This document shows positions 1 through 9,100 of a stretch of 64,000 nt of DNA, piece after piece. The stretch spans positions 64,001-128,000 of the forward strand of contig JAWLHJ010000001.1 in NCBI GenBank assembly GCA_041690395.1, read 5' to 3'. Below the pieces are notes generated by a model. It saw nothing but the letters and a program-made list of their open reading frames with translations. It was not told where the DNA came from and did no database searches. This stretch comes from Longimicrobiales bacterium (GTDB lineage: Bacteria > Gemmatimonadota > Gemmatimonadetes > Longimicrobiales > Gaopeijiaceae). Position numbers and translations under genes: made by a program. Numbering within the stretch: the stretch's first letter is position 1; each line of letters starts with the position of its first letter.

Positions 1-1466
1 ACCGCGCCGGCGGGCCGCACGCCCAGGCTCCCGGCATGCTCCACCAAGGCGCGCGCGACCGGATGCTCCGAGCGGACCTCGACGGCAGCGATCCGGGCGA
101 GGGCGGCGCGTGCCTGTCCGGGCTCGTCCCCCTCGACCCGGACATCGACCACTTCGGGTCGTCCGAACGTCACCGTGCCGGTCTTATCGAGCGCGACCGC
201 CCGCACCTGGCCGAACGCCTCGAGGTACGTGCCTCCCTTGATCAGGACTCCGTGGCGGGCCGCGGCCGTCACCCCGCTCACGACCGCAACCGGCGTGGAG
301 ATGACGAGCGCGCATGGGCATGCGATCACGAGGAGGGTGAGTCCACGGGTGAACCAGACCGTGAAGTCGCCCCCGAACGCGAGGACGGGGACGGCGACCG
401 TCAGGATCGCCATAACGGTCACGACCGGGGTGTAGACCCGGGCGAAGCGCTCCACGAATCGCTCTGTCGTGGTCTTCCGACCCTCGGCTTCCTCGACCAG
501 CCGGATGATGCGCGCGAGGGTGCTGTCCGAGGCGGCCTTGTCGACCCGGACCGCCAGGAACCCCTCCCGGTTGATCGTGCCCGCGTAGACCGTAGCGCCG
601 ACGGCCTTCTCGACGGGCATCGACTCACCGGTCACGGGAGATTGATCGACGGCCGAGTGCCCCTCGACCACGGTACCGTCGGTGGGAAGCCGCTCGCCCG
701 GCCTGACGACGAAGACCTCTCCCGGAACGAGCTCGTCGACCGGCACCGTGAGCTCCTCGCCGCCCCGCCGGACCCGCGCGGTCTCCGGCGCGAGAAGCAT
801 CAGAGCCTCCACCGACGACCGCGCGCGGTCCACCGCGTACCGCTCGAGGAGCTCGGCGACCGCGAACAGGAACGCGATCGCCGCGCCCTCGGCGTACTCT
901 CCGATCCCCACGGCGCCCAGGATCGCGACGGTCATGAGGAAGTTCATGTCCAAGGCCAGGGCCCGGGCAGCCCGCCATCCCTTGGGGAAGAAGTTCCAGC
1001 CGCCCACGAGCGCCGAGCCGATGAAGATCAGGTCGGTGAGGAAGACGTCACGGAACGGGGTCGTGACGACGCGGGGGGCGACGCCCATGAGGTGCAGGAT
1101 ACCCGCGACCACGAAGAGGGCCGCCGACGCGTAGGCGATGCGAGCCTGTCCGCCCGTCCAGGTATCGTAGGCGGTGGCAACTCGCGGCCGGGCCGGTCGG
1201 CCGGTCGCCTCGTTCCCCCCTTCCGGCTCCCGTGACTCGGCCCGGTAGCCGAGCCGTTCGACCTCGCTCCGGAGGCCCGCCGCCCCTGCGACACGGCCGT
1301 CGAAGACGATGTCGAGCTCCCGCCGCATCGGGCTCCCCTCGACGGCGCTCACGCCGGGGACTTTGCGAAGTCGATCGCTGATGGTGGCCAGGCAGGACGG
1401 GCAGTCCATGTCCGGCACGGTGAGTCGGAGGCGATCCGGCGCCTCGGGGGACTCGACGTCACTCAC
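1..1466 (-). CDS. cadA: Heavy-metal-translocating P1B-type ATPase (Cd/Zn/Pb, CadA/ZntA-like); 3' part runs off the window
   Basis: Absent from the ORF track; translated by hand on the minus strand from GTG 1466. N-terminal HMA motif MDCPSC, transmembrane IACPCALVISTP, phosphorylation motif DKTGT. Start overlaps the end of the ArsR gene. Confidence 0.9.
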   Translation of the reverse strand, partial: MSDVESPEAPDRLRLTVPDMDCPSCLATISDRLRKVPGVSAVEGSPMRRELDIVFDGRVAGAAGLRSEVERLGYRAESREPEGGNEATGRPARPRVATAYDTWTGGQARIAYASAALFVVAGILHLMGVAPRVVTTPFRDVFLTDLIFIGSALVGGWNFFPKGWRAARALALDMNFLMTVAILGAVGIGEYAEGAAIAFLFAVAELLERYAVDRARSSVEALMLLAPETARVRRGGEELTVPVDELVPGEVFVVRPGERLPTDGTVVEGHSAVDQSPVTGESMPVEKAVGATVYAGTINREGFLAVRVDKAASDSTLARIIRLVEEAEGRKTTTERFVERFARVYTPVVTVMAILTVAVPVLAFGGDFTVWFTRGLTLLVIACPCALVISTPVAVVSGVTAAARHGVLIKGGTYLEAFGQVRAVALDKTGTVTFGRPEVVDVRVEGDEPGQARAALARIAAVEVRSEHPVARALVEHAGSLGVRPAGA

Positions 1467-1866
1467 GGACGTGCTCCAGCCCCATCCGGAATACCGCCTC
1501 GATGTGCGCGTCGTCGAGCCGGTAGTAGGCCATGCGGCTCTCCTTCCGGTACCGGACGAGCCGGAGCGTGCGCATGGTGCGCAGGTGATGGCTCACGGCC
1601 GACTGGCTCACGCCCGCCACCGCCGCGAGATCGCAAACACACATCTCGCCGCGAGCGAGCGCCTCGATGAGCCGAAGGCGCGTCGGACTGGCCAGAACCT
1701 GGAACGTCTCGGCCAGCAGCTCGATCTCGGAGTCGCCGGCGCGCGCGGCACGGGCAGCGCGAACGCGGTCCTCGTGCACGAGCGTGGCGTCGCAGAGGGC
1801 GTCGTCGGGCCGGTCTTTCGTCTCGGGCACCGTTCCAGGACCGGCGGAAGAGGGCGTTCCACTCAT
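1459..1866 (-). CDS. ArsR/SmtB (CadC-like) metal-sensing repressor
   Basis: LASPTRLRLIEAL..EMCVCDLA..SQSAVSHHLR HTH and C-terminal LDDAHI..EH alpha5-type site. Start ATG 1866 preferred because the 1899 start lies inside the operator. Confidence 0.9.
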   Translation of the reverse strand: MSGTPSSAGPGTVPETKDRPDDALCDATLVHEDRVRAARAARAGDSEIELLAETFQVLASPTRLRLIEALARGEMCVCDLAAVAGVSQSAVSHHLRTMRTLRLVRYRKESRMAYYRLDDAHIEAVFRMGLEHVRE

Positions 1867-1894
1867 CTTGGGAAGCTCCGTCGCGTCATGATTG

Positions 1895-1920
1895 ATCATA
1901 TGAGCAGATGCTCACACATG
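1895..1920. promoter_or_regulatory. ArsR/SmtB-type operator (inverted repeat)
   Basis: Perfect TGAGCA-GA-TGCTCA at 1901-1914 upstream of the ArsR gene, matching the SmtB/CadC TGA..-xx-..TCA core. Confidence 0.75.
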
Positions 1921-2051
1921 ATAGCGCCCGACGGAATGATGCTGCAATCCCCGGCTTACACTACTCTTACAGGGAGCCGCTTGTCCGCATGGCGGGCGAT
2001 GCCCAGTGTACGCCCAGAATGTCCCGAGAACGCTGGAGCTACGACGAAAGA

Positions 2052-3014
2052 ATGATCAGTCGACGTGAATGGCTGCGCATGACCGCCGGCGCGAGCGCGC
2101 TGCTCGGCCTGAACCCCCGCCTGCTGGCAGCCCTGCAGAGCGGCCCGGTTCGGACCCGCGCGATTCCTTCGAGCGGCGAGGAGATTCCGGTCATCGGGCT
2201 CGGGGGCCGCTGGATCTCCGCCAACTCCACCCCGGAGGAGCTCGCCGACCATCGGGCGGTGCTCCACGAGCTGGCCCGCGACGCCGAGGGCGCCGGCCGC
2301 CTGTTCGATTCCGCCGCCGGATACGGCGGTGGCGGATCCGAGGAGTACGCCGGACAGTGGGCGGAAGCGGACGGTATCCAGGACGACATCTTCTGGGCGA
2401 CCAAGGTGAACGTGGTCGGCCGCGGAGGCGGCTCCGCCGACCCCGCCGACGTCCGGGCGCAGATCGAGCGATCGTTCGACCGCATGCGCCTCGACGTCAT
2501 CGACCTCAACCAGGTCCACAACATGGGCGATCCGCCGACCCAGCTCGGCGTCCTCCAGGAGTACAAGGACCAGGGCCGCATCCGGTATATCGGGATCACG
2601 ACCACGAGCGAGGGTCAGTACGATCATCTGGCCCGGGTCATGCGGGACTACCCCATCGACTTCATCGGCATCGACTACGCCATCGACAACCGGGTCGCCG
2701 AAGAGACGATCCTCCCGCTCGCGCTCGACCAGGGAATCGGCGTGCTCGTCTACCTGCCGTTCGGACGGAGCCGCATGTGGCAGCGGATCGGCGACCGCGA
2801 GCTACCCGAATGGGCGCACGAGTTCGACGCACACACCTGGGCGCAGTTCATGCTCAAGTTCGTCGTCGCCCATCCGGCCGTTACCGTCGCCTGCCCGGGC
2901 ACCGGCGATCCCGAGCACATGGTCGACAACCTCGGCGGCGGCAGGGGCCGTCTCCCCACGGAAGAGCATCTCGAGCGGATGGTGCGGCTGGTCGAGAGCC
3001 TGCCGACCTCGTGA
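2052..3014 (+). CDS. Aldo/keto reductase with Tat signal peptide
   Basis: MISRREWL twin-arginine leader; IPSSGEEIPVIGLG, FDSAAGYG, ATK, QVHN (D/Y/K/H tetrad). Confidence 0.88.
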   Translation: MISRREWLRMTAGASALLGLNPRLLAALQSGPVRTRAIPSSGEEIPVIGLGGRWISANSTPEELADHRAVLHELARDAEGAGRLFDSAAGYGGGGSEEYAGQWAEADGIQDDIFWATKVNVVGRGGGSADPADVRAQIERSFDRMRLDVIDLNQVHNMGDPPTQLGVLQEYKDQGRIRYIGITTTSEGQYDHLARVMRDYPIDFIGIDYAIDNRVAEETILPLALDQGIGVLVYLPFGRSRMWQRIGDRELPEWAHEFDAHTWAQFMLKFVVAHPAVTVACPGTGDPEHMVDNLGGGRGRLPTEEHLERMVRLVESLPTS

Positions 3015-3376
3015 GGGCCGCTCGGCATGTCGCCGCGGCCGTAATCGCGGTGCTTGCGCTCGCAGGATGCGCCTCCGGGGGGTCGTTCACGGTCGGCGAG
3101 ACCGTCGTCGTCGAAGGCACGGTCACGGCCCTCAACGTCACGCCGATGTTCGTCGATCGCGACGGGCTCGTGATCGTTCAAACCCCGGACCGGGGCGTGA
3201 TTACGATCCGGGTCCCCTCGCGTGAGGCACGCTGTGTCGCTCGCGGGTTGAGCGTGATCCATGTGCTGCAGCGGGGCGACCGGGTGCGGGCCGCCGGAAC
3301 CCTCGTCGAACCGGCCGTAATCCGGGCGTGCGAGGACGAGTCACATCTCCTGGAGCGCCTCGACCAGGAGGATTAG
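3011..3376 (+). CDS. Hypothetical lipoprotein (OB-fold-like)
   Basis: GTG overlapping the AKR stop (GTGA); hydrophobic leader with LAGC lipobox. Confidence 0.65.
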   Translation: MRAARHVAAAVIAVLALAGCASGGSFTVGETVVVEGTVTALNVTPMFVDRDGLVIVQTPDRGVITIRVPSREARCVARGLSVIHVLQRGDRVRAAGTLVEPAVIRACEDESHLLERLDQED

Positions 3377-3425
3377 GCGCGACGGTCCGCCCGCGCGCGC
3401 CCGGCGGACCGCCACTGCTCCGGAG

Positions 3426-4400
3426 TCAGCGCGCCGCCTGGATCAGGCGGTCCTCGAACGCATAGTCCACCTCGCGTCTCGGCTGCTCGAGGTACCACGC
3501 GAAGCCCTTCCGCAATCCCTCCTCCAGGCCGATCGGCGTGAAGTCGAGTATACGCGCGATCTTGTCCACGGATGCCGAGATGGGCGGCAGGTCGAGCATC
3601 TCGCCGAAGTAGAGCGGCTCCATGAAGAGGTGCCCCCCGGCGGACTGGATGGTTTCGCGCGGGATGGGGACGAAGTCGGGTTCGACTCCCGCCACCCGTC
3701 CAAGGGCCTCCACGAAGGTGCGGTGCGTCGTGGGCTCCATGTGACCCACGTTGAACGCCTCCCCCACGGCCTCGGGCGTCTCCGCCGCGCGAAGGCACGC
3801 CCGCGCCACGTCGTCCGCATACACCCAATGCATCGCGGTATCGCCCTGCTCCGGAAGGATGATCGGACGACCATCGCGGAGGCGGTCCCAGAAGAACTGT
3901 TCCCTGTAGAACGGCTGCCGTGGGCCGTGCACGAAGGGCGGCCGAAACGTCGTGACCGGGAAGCCCTCGTCGCGGTGCATCGCGAACAACGTCCGCTCCG
4001 TCGACGCCTTGTTGGCGATGTAGGGGTTCGGATGGTCGTCCGGGGCGAGCGGCGCATCTTCGTCGAGCTCGTGCCCCGTCCAGTAGACTCCGAGGCTCGA
4101 GATGAACACGTACTGCCGGAGCCCGTCATGACAGGCGCGGGCGAGACCCTCCACCTGCTCGGCCGTGGTGCCGTTCTGCCAGTCGTAAGCGAAGTCGAAG
4201 ACGACGTCGAAGGGCTCGCCGCCGATGAGCCTCGCGACGCGGTCGAGATCGGCTCGGTCGGCCTGCAGGTTCCTCACCCCGGGCCCCAGGTCGTGCTCCT
4301 CGCTCCGGTGGAGCAGGGAAACCTCGTGCCCCCCGCCGATGAGCCCTTCGGTGAGCGCTCGGCCCATGAACTGGGTGCCGCCGATGACGAGTGCGCGCAT
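3426..4400 (-). CDS. NAD-dependent epimerase/dehydratase (extended SDR)
   Basis: MRALVIGGTQFMG Rossmann motif, YVFISS, YxxxK (YIANK), RPPFVHGP. Confidence 0.88.
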   Translation of the reverse strand: MRALVIGGTQFMGRALTEGLIGGGHEVSLLHRSEEHDLGPGVRNLQADRADLDRVARLIGGEPFDVVFDFAYDWQNGTTAEQVEGLARACHDGLRQYVFISSLGVYWTGHELDEDAPLAPDDHPNPYIANKASTERTLFAMHRDEGFPVTTFRPPFVHGPRQPFYREQFFWDRLRDGRPIILPEQGDTAMHWVYADDVARACLRAAETPEAVGEAFNVGHMEPTTHRTFVEALGRVAGVEPDFVPIPRETIQSAGGHLFMEPLYFGEMLDLPPISASVDKIARILDFTPIGLEEGLRKGFAWYLEQPRREVDYAFEDRLIQAAR

Positions 4401-4508
4401 GAGTGCTCCGGGGGGGCCAGGGACGTCCTTCCGTGATCGATGCTCGCGAAGATGTCTCGGGGCGGGTCGGTCCGCAAACGAGCGCACCGCCGCCTCGCAC
4501 CCCAGGAT

Positions 4509-5255
4509 TTACCGCCGGCGCCAGCGCCCTCCGACCGACAGGGTCGTCCCGCCCAGGCCGAGTTCATCGAACCGCTGGAAGTCGCCATCCGGGCTCGGCG
4601 AGCCGAAATCGCGCCGCGCCTGCATGTTCAAGGTGAACGTCGGCGTGATCGCGAAGTCGACTCCCGTGCCGACGAACGCCCACAGATAGCTTCCCCTGGC
4701 CATGAACGTGGCTCCGAACCCTTCCTGGGAGACCACATCGACGAACTCGCCCCACTGGCGAAGGGCGTACCTTCCTCGGCCCACAGCCATGCTCGCGTAG
4801 GGATTTGCGGTTCCCTGTGCCTGGCCCGCCATCGGTTCGCCGCGCTCGAACGCGAACAAGCGAGCTCCGGCGTGGAGGCCAGGCGTCACCGACAGGCGCG
4901 TCCACTGTGCCGCGTCCTCGAAGCCTTCGATGTCGTCCCAGGCGCGGGTTTCGGCTTCCTGTGATCCCCGGATGATCCCGCCCACGAAGAGCTCCGTGCG
5001 CGTCCCCAACGACGCGGCCATCTCGAGCTCCAGCGACGTCGCGTCGAACGCGGACGGCCCGAGGCCGAGGTCCCGGCCGAAGAGATGAAACACGTCTCCT
5101 CCTCCGCGCAGGCTCGACGACCCCATCCGAGCGGTCACGGTCACGGGAATGGAGCGAGCCGACGACGGCCCTTCGGGACCGACCTGGCTCTGGACCTCGG
5201 CAGCCGATCCCGCGAGGACGGTCGCCACCACGGTGATGATCGTGCGCACTCTCAT
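4509..5255 (-). CDS. Putative outer-membrane beta-barrel protein
   Basis: Signal peptide, alternating beta-strand pattern, C-terminal strand LSVGGRW; GGGGAGG RBS. Confidence 0.6.
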   Translation of the reverse strand: MRVRTIITVVATVLAGSAAEVQSQVGPEGPSSARSIPVTVTARMGSSSLRGGGDVFHLFGRDLGLGPSAFDATSLELEMAASLGTRTELFVGGIIRGSQEAETRAWDDIEGFEDAAQWTRLSVTPGLHAGARLFAFERGEPMAGQAQGTANPYASMAVGRGRYALRQWGEFVDVVSQEGFGATFMARGSYLWAFVGTGVDFAITPTFTLNMQARRDFGSPSPDGDFQRFDELGLGGTTLSVGGRWRRR

Positions 5256-5257
5256 GA

Positions 5258-6115
5258 TCAGCCTCCCCGGGTGAAGGTGAGTCGCAGAGACGAGCAGGAC
5301 TCCCCGGCCGCCGTCGATCCACCGACGCTCAGCCGGGCGCATGTGCGGATCTGCTGGCTCGCTCGCACCCGTACGATGATCTCACCGCTCAGACCCTCGC
5401 CGGAAACGCGGATGGTCGTCTCGCCGTCGCCCACCGGCGTGATGGTCCCGTCTTCGTCCACCGTGAAGACGTCCTCATCGTCGGACGTCCACGTGAGTCC
5501 GCCGAGGTCCAGGCCGTCCACGACCTGGCCCTCGTTGTCCGCCGGTAGGGCGGCCAGGGCCACCAGCTCGTCGATGGCCCAGATGTCGATGGACGTCACG
5601 GCCCTGGCGCCCGTGCCGGGCTCGTCCGGATCGTCCTCGTCGAAGAAGGCGATCCGGCGTGCCGCCTGCTCCACCTGCACCAGCGCTTCCGCGTCCGCCA
5701 TGTCGGCGAAATAGCCGTTCGGGGACACCGACGGATGGGTCCGCGGAACCCGTGCCGTCACGGACGCCGTGCCGTTGGCCAGGGTCCGGAAGGAGCCGTC
5801 CCCCAGCACCTCGAGCACGTCGGGGCTGTCAGTCTCCCACTCCAGCGGAACGTCGACCTCCTGGCCGCTCCGATCCAGGACCCGCGCGGTGAACGTGATC
5901 ACCTCCTGATGGCTCTCGGAGAGCACCGCCTTCTGGTCCAGTAGGATCCGCGGTGCCGCGTCGATGGTGGGCGCCATGGGGTTGTCGGAGCACGCCCCCG
6001 CGGAGAGCGCGAGGGCCACGATCAACCCTCCCAGGTGACGCCGACGCTTCATGCCTGCCTTCATCTTGTGATCTCCCATGGATGATCCGAGCGATTCGAG
6101 TTGGTTGCGATTCAT
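5258..6115 (-). CDS. Lipoprotein with two bacterial Ig-like (Big_2) domains
   Basis: LSAGAC lipobox; two W-x-T/S-D..V..V...G....G.A/T..T/V motifs; ATGA overlap with the upstream gene. Confidence 0.75.
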   Translation of the reverse strand: MNRNQLESLGSSMGDHKMKAGMKRRRHLGGLIVALALSAGACSDNPMAPTIDAAPRILLDQKAVLSESHQEVITFTARVLDRSGQEVDVPLEWETDSPDVLEVLGDGSFRTLANGTASVTARVPRTHPSVSPNGYFADMADAEALVQVEQAARRIAFFDEDDPDEPGTGARAVTSIDIWAIDELVALAALPADNEGQVVDGLDLGGLTWTSDDEDVFTVDEDGTITPVGDGETTIRVSGEGLSGEIIVRVRASQQIRTCARLSVGGSTAAGESCSSLRLTFTRGG

Positions 6116-9100
6116 GGCTGTACCACCCGGGCTCGGATGGTCATGGTGGCCGTTGCGCCCGAGGCCAGGGTGTCGATGGTCCAGGCGCCGGAGGTCTCGT
6201 CCACCGAGCCCTGATCGACCTGCACCTCCAACGCCTCCAGCCGGTCCTGCCCCGCCAACGGGTCGTCCACCACCACGCTTCCGGCCACGGTCCATCCTTC
6301 GTTGGTCACTACGACCTGGAGCGTGATCTCGGAGCCCAGCGCCGGCCGCTCCTCGTCCGTCACCAAATCGATGGAGAGCTGGGCCTCCGCGAAGCGAGTC
6401 TGGAAGGAGGGTGACGTGCCCGTCACCGACTGCCCGCCGACGGTGGCGGCGACGGTGAGCTCGGTCGCACCCGCGCTTCCGAACACCACCGCATGGGCTT
6501 CCAGGACACCGTCCACGAAGGCGGGTGTGGTGCCTCCGCCGCTGGAGAGCTCGGTGTCCGAAGTCACGGCAGCGGTTCCGTTGTAGCTCGGAACCAGGTT
6601 GCCGAAGGCATCCCGGGCCGTGACGCGTACGAGGACTTCCGATCCCACCGTGGCGCCCTCCGAGACCACGGCCTCATCGACGACTACCGTGAAGTGGTCC
6701 ACCTCGGCGGCGGCCACCGTGGCCTGGACGGTGGGGAGTGGTCCACCGGCGAGTGCCGGCCCACCGGTCGGCTCGAGGGAGAGCGTCTCGGCCGCATCCG
6801 CCGCCTGCGTCGACGTATAGGTGAAGGTGGCACTCGAGCCGCCCGCCCCGACGCTCAACGTGGCGGGCTCGAAGCTCCCCGCACCCTCGAGCGAGGAAGC
6901 GAGGGAGAAGGTCAGCGGAGCGTCCGTCGTCGTGGGATGCCCGTACGCGTCCACGAGGGTCAGCGTGTACGTCCCCGGCATGCCTGCCACCAGGGCGTCC
7001 GGCCCCTCCAGACGCACCGTGTACGGCGCCCCCGTGACGATGGACCCGGTGGTGCTCTCGACCGCCACCAGCTCGTAGTGGGCAGCCCGCGTCCCCGACA
7101 GCGAAGCGCCCGTCAGCGTGACCGTTTTGGCGGACCCGAGGTCGGCATCGGCGAACGTGGCGGTCCCCCCCGAAAGGGTCACCTCACCCACATCCGCAGG
7201 GAGGACGCCCGCCAGCGCTCGGGTGAGCACGTCGGCATCGGTCTCACCGTCGTACGCCTTCGGATCCTGGATGGTGAAGGTGCCCGTGACAGGCCTCCGC
7301 TCCACCATGAGTGTCCGCTGCACCACAGGTGCCGCGAGGTACGTGCCGTCGCCGGCCTGGGTGGCCGTAATGACCACCTGACCCGCACCCGTCAGCACGA
7401 GGCTTCCGCCGTCCACGGTCGCCACGTCTTCGGCGCTGCTGGCGAGGGTCACCGCGAGGCCCGACGACGCGGTGGCTTGGAGCGCCACGGACGCATCGCC
7501 GTAGACCCGGCCCTCCAGCGGCCCGAAGTCGATGGTCTGGGCGAGGCGGTCGACCGCGATGGTCACTTCATCGCCATAGCTCGTGCCCAGCGCGTTGGTG
7601 GCGTAGGCGCGGGCGTAGTAGGTCTGCCCCGGCTCGAGCCCGTCGAGGTCCGCGGCGAACGATCCCGCCCCGGTGCCACTCTGGAGGACGGCGTCTGCCA
7701 GGGTCGGACTCGGGTCGATGGCATAGACAACCCCGCGGTCGGTGATGGTCAGCCCTCCATCATCCGTGACCTCGGCACCCACGGTTCCGCCATCGGTGGT
7801 CACACCGCTCACCGCACCGGTCACCACCGTCGGAAGGACACCCGCCGTGGTGAACGACACCTCCGAGCCGTAGCTCGTGCCTTCGGCGTTGGTGGCGTAG
7901 GCGCGGACGTAATACGTAGTGGCCGGGGCCAGGTCGGTCAGGCCCGCGCTGAAAGCCCCGGTGCCGGAGCCGCTCACCACCGAGGCGTCGGCGACAGTCG
8001 GGTTGGACGTGGTCCCGTAGACCACGCCTCGGGCGCTCACGGCGGCGCCTCCATCGGCCGTCACTTCGCCCGCCACGCTAGCGTCCGCCGACGTCACGGC
8101 ACTCACGGTACCAGTGGTCACCGTCGGAACGACGGCGTCCGTCGTGAACGTCGTTTCGGCGCCGTAAGTCGTGCCTTCGGCGTTGGTGGCGTACGCCCGC
8201 ACATAGTATGTCGTGCCAGCGTCCAGTCCGGTCAGCTCCGCGTCGAACGCACCCGTGCCGGATCCACCCGCTACCGAAGCATCCGCCAGGCTCGGGTTCG
8301 CCGCCTTGGCGTACGCCACGCCCCGGGCACTCACTGCAGCGCCGCCGTCGGCGGTCACCTCTCCCGCGACGCTGGCGCCGGAAGCCGTAACCCCGCTCAC
8401 CGCACCCGTCGTCACCGTCGGCGGAACCGCCCCCGTGGTGAAGGCGGTCTCAGCACCATAGCTCGTGCCTTCGGCGTTCGTCGCGTAGGCGCGGACGTAA
8501 TACGTCGTGGCCGGGTCCAGGCCGCCAAGATCCGCGCTGAACGCTCCCGTTCCCGATCCGCTCACAACCGAGGCATCGGCGATGGTCGGATTGGACGTGG
8601 TCGCATACGCCACGCCACGCTCACTCACCGCAGCGCCGCCATCGGCCGTCACTTCACCGGCCACGCCCGCGCCGGAGGCGGTCACATCGCTGACCGCGCC
8701 CGTTGTCACCGTAGGCGCAACCGCGCCCGTCGTGAACGTCGTCTCCGCCCCGTAGCTCGTGCCCTCCACGTTGGTGGCGTAGGCGCGGACGTAGTACGTC
8801 GTCGCCGGATCCAGGCCGCTCAGCGTAGAGTTGAACGCACCCGTTCCGGACCCGATCACCACCGACGCGTCAGCAAGCGTCGGGCTCGCCGAAGTCGCGA
8901 ACACCACACCCCGAGCGGTCACCGTAGCGCCGCCGTCGGCGGTCACTTCACCCGCGACGCTGGCCCCAGACGACGTCACGTCGCTGACCGCACCGGTCGT
9001 CACTATCGGTGCAACGGTCTCGACAACGAACGAGGCCGTGGCGCTCCAGGGCCCATTCCCATCGTCGTTCACCGCCCGGACACGCCAGAAGTACTCCGTA

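Noticed and set aside
36..1235. 399-aa plus-strand ORF
   Set aside because: Antisense shadow of the P-type ATPase, whose motifs are on the minus strand.
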